A DNA stretch of 64,000 nucleotides, taken from the NCBI GenBank assembly GCA_965223265.1, contig OZ244999.1:7840001-7904000 (forward strand), in the 5' to 3' direction. Shown here piece by piece: positions 63,741 through 64,000 of the stretch. The notes beneath the pieces were generated by a model. The model was not told the origin of the DNA. It searched no databases and saw only the letters and a program-made list of their open reading frames with translations. Both the position numbers and the translations under genes were made by a program. The number at the start of each line of letters is the position of its first letter. Positions within the stretch are counted from its first letter, which is position 1. The DNA is from Planctomycetota bacterium (GTDB taxonomy: Bacteria; Planctomycetota; UBA8108; SXIK01).

Positions 63741-64000
63741 TCACGTCTCGCGATGGAGGTGGTGCGAAACGGCGTCGAAGATACCCGGCGCCAGCCCAAG
63801 CCCGGAGAGGAGCTCGTCACGCCCATCGGCGGAGACGAGGCGATGGCGGGCATCAAATACGATCTCTTGCGCCCGCTCCATGAACGCACTCACACCGAGC
63901 TCGCGACTGAGGTCGATGAGCTCCAGCGTCGTCTTCAACTCGGCCGGCGCCGGATCGGCGATCAACCGGCTGACGGCGTCTGACAGCATCTCGCCGAAGA
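63741..64000 (-). CDS. C-terminal end of a gene entering from the right edge (possibly GH57/DUF3536-type)
   Basis: Frame is open to the window edge. Helical sequence ...RAQEIVF...LGL. The family guess is weak. Confidence 0.5.
   Translation of the reverse strand, partial: FGEMLSDAVSRLIADPAPAELKTTLELIDLSRELGVSAFMERAQEIVFDARHRLVSADGRDELLSGLGLAPGIFDAVSHHLHRET

Noticed and set aside
1-64000. CRISPR array, rRNA, prophage, transposase or defence genes
   Set aside because: None recognised anywhere in the window by eye.

Overview
GC-rich bacterial chromosomal window, very probably from a Planctomycetota member (two DUF1549/DUF1553 PSD1 genes, a DUF1501 gene, a planctomycete cytochrome c domain and a PVC-type multihaem protein). 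It holds a housekeeping run on the minus strand (tig-clpP-clpX-rpmE-prfA-prmC-murA), plus arfB, an Fpg/Nei glycosylase, hrpB, uxaC, a dihydroorotase-like enzyme, two signalling clusters, an NRAMP-like transporter, a fused 5-oxoprolinase, clpS-DUF2017 and an alkA-like gene. The signals the ORF track misses or splits are: (1) a secreted thioredoxin-like protein at 12228-12791 with an in-frame UGA in a C-x-x-[UGA] motif, a probable selenoprotein; (2) an ORF-free, structured transcription unit of about 270 nt at 29090-29397 with a near-consensus sigma70 promoter and a strong intrinsic terminator, a candidate ncRNA; (3) a 159-bp MITE with CTAG duplications at 44487-44653; (4) a secreted protein with tandem cohesin-like repeats running off the left edge; (5) two convergent, apparently broken glycosyltransferase-like genes. 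All family calls come from motif recognition by eye; no database search was run.
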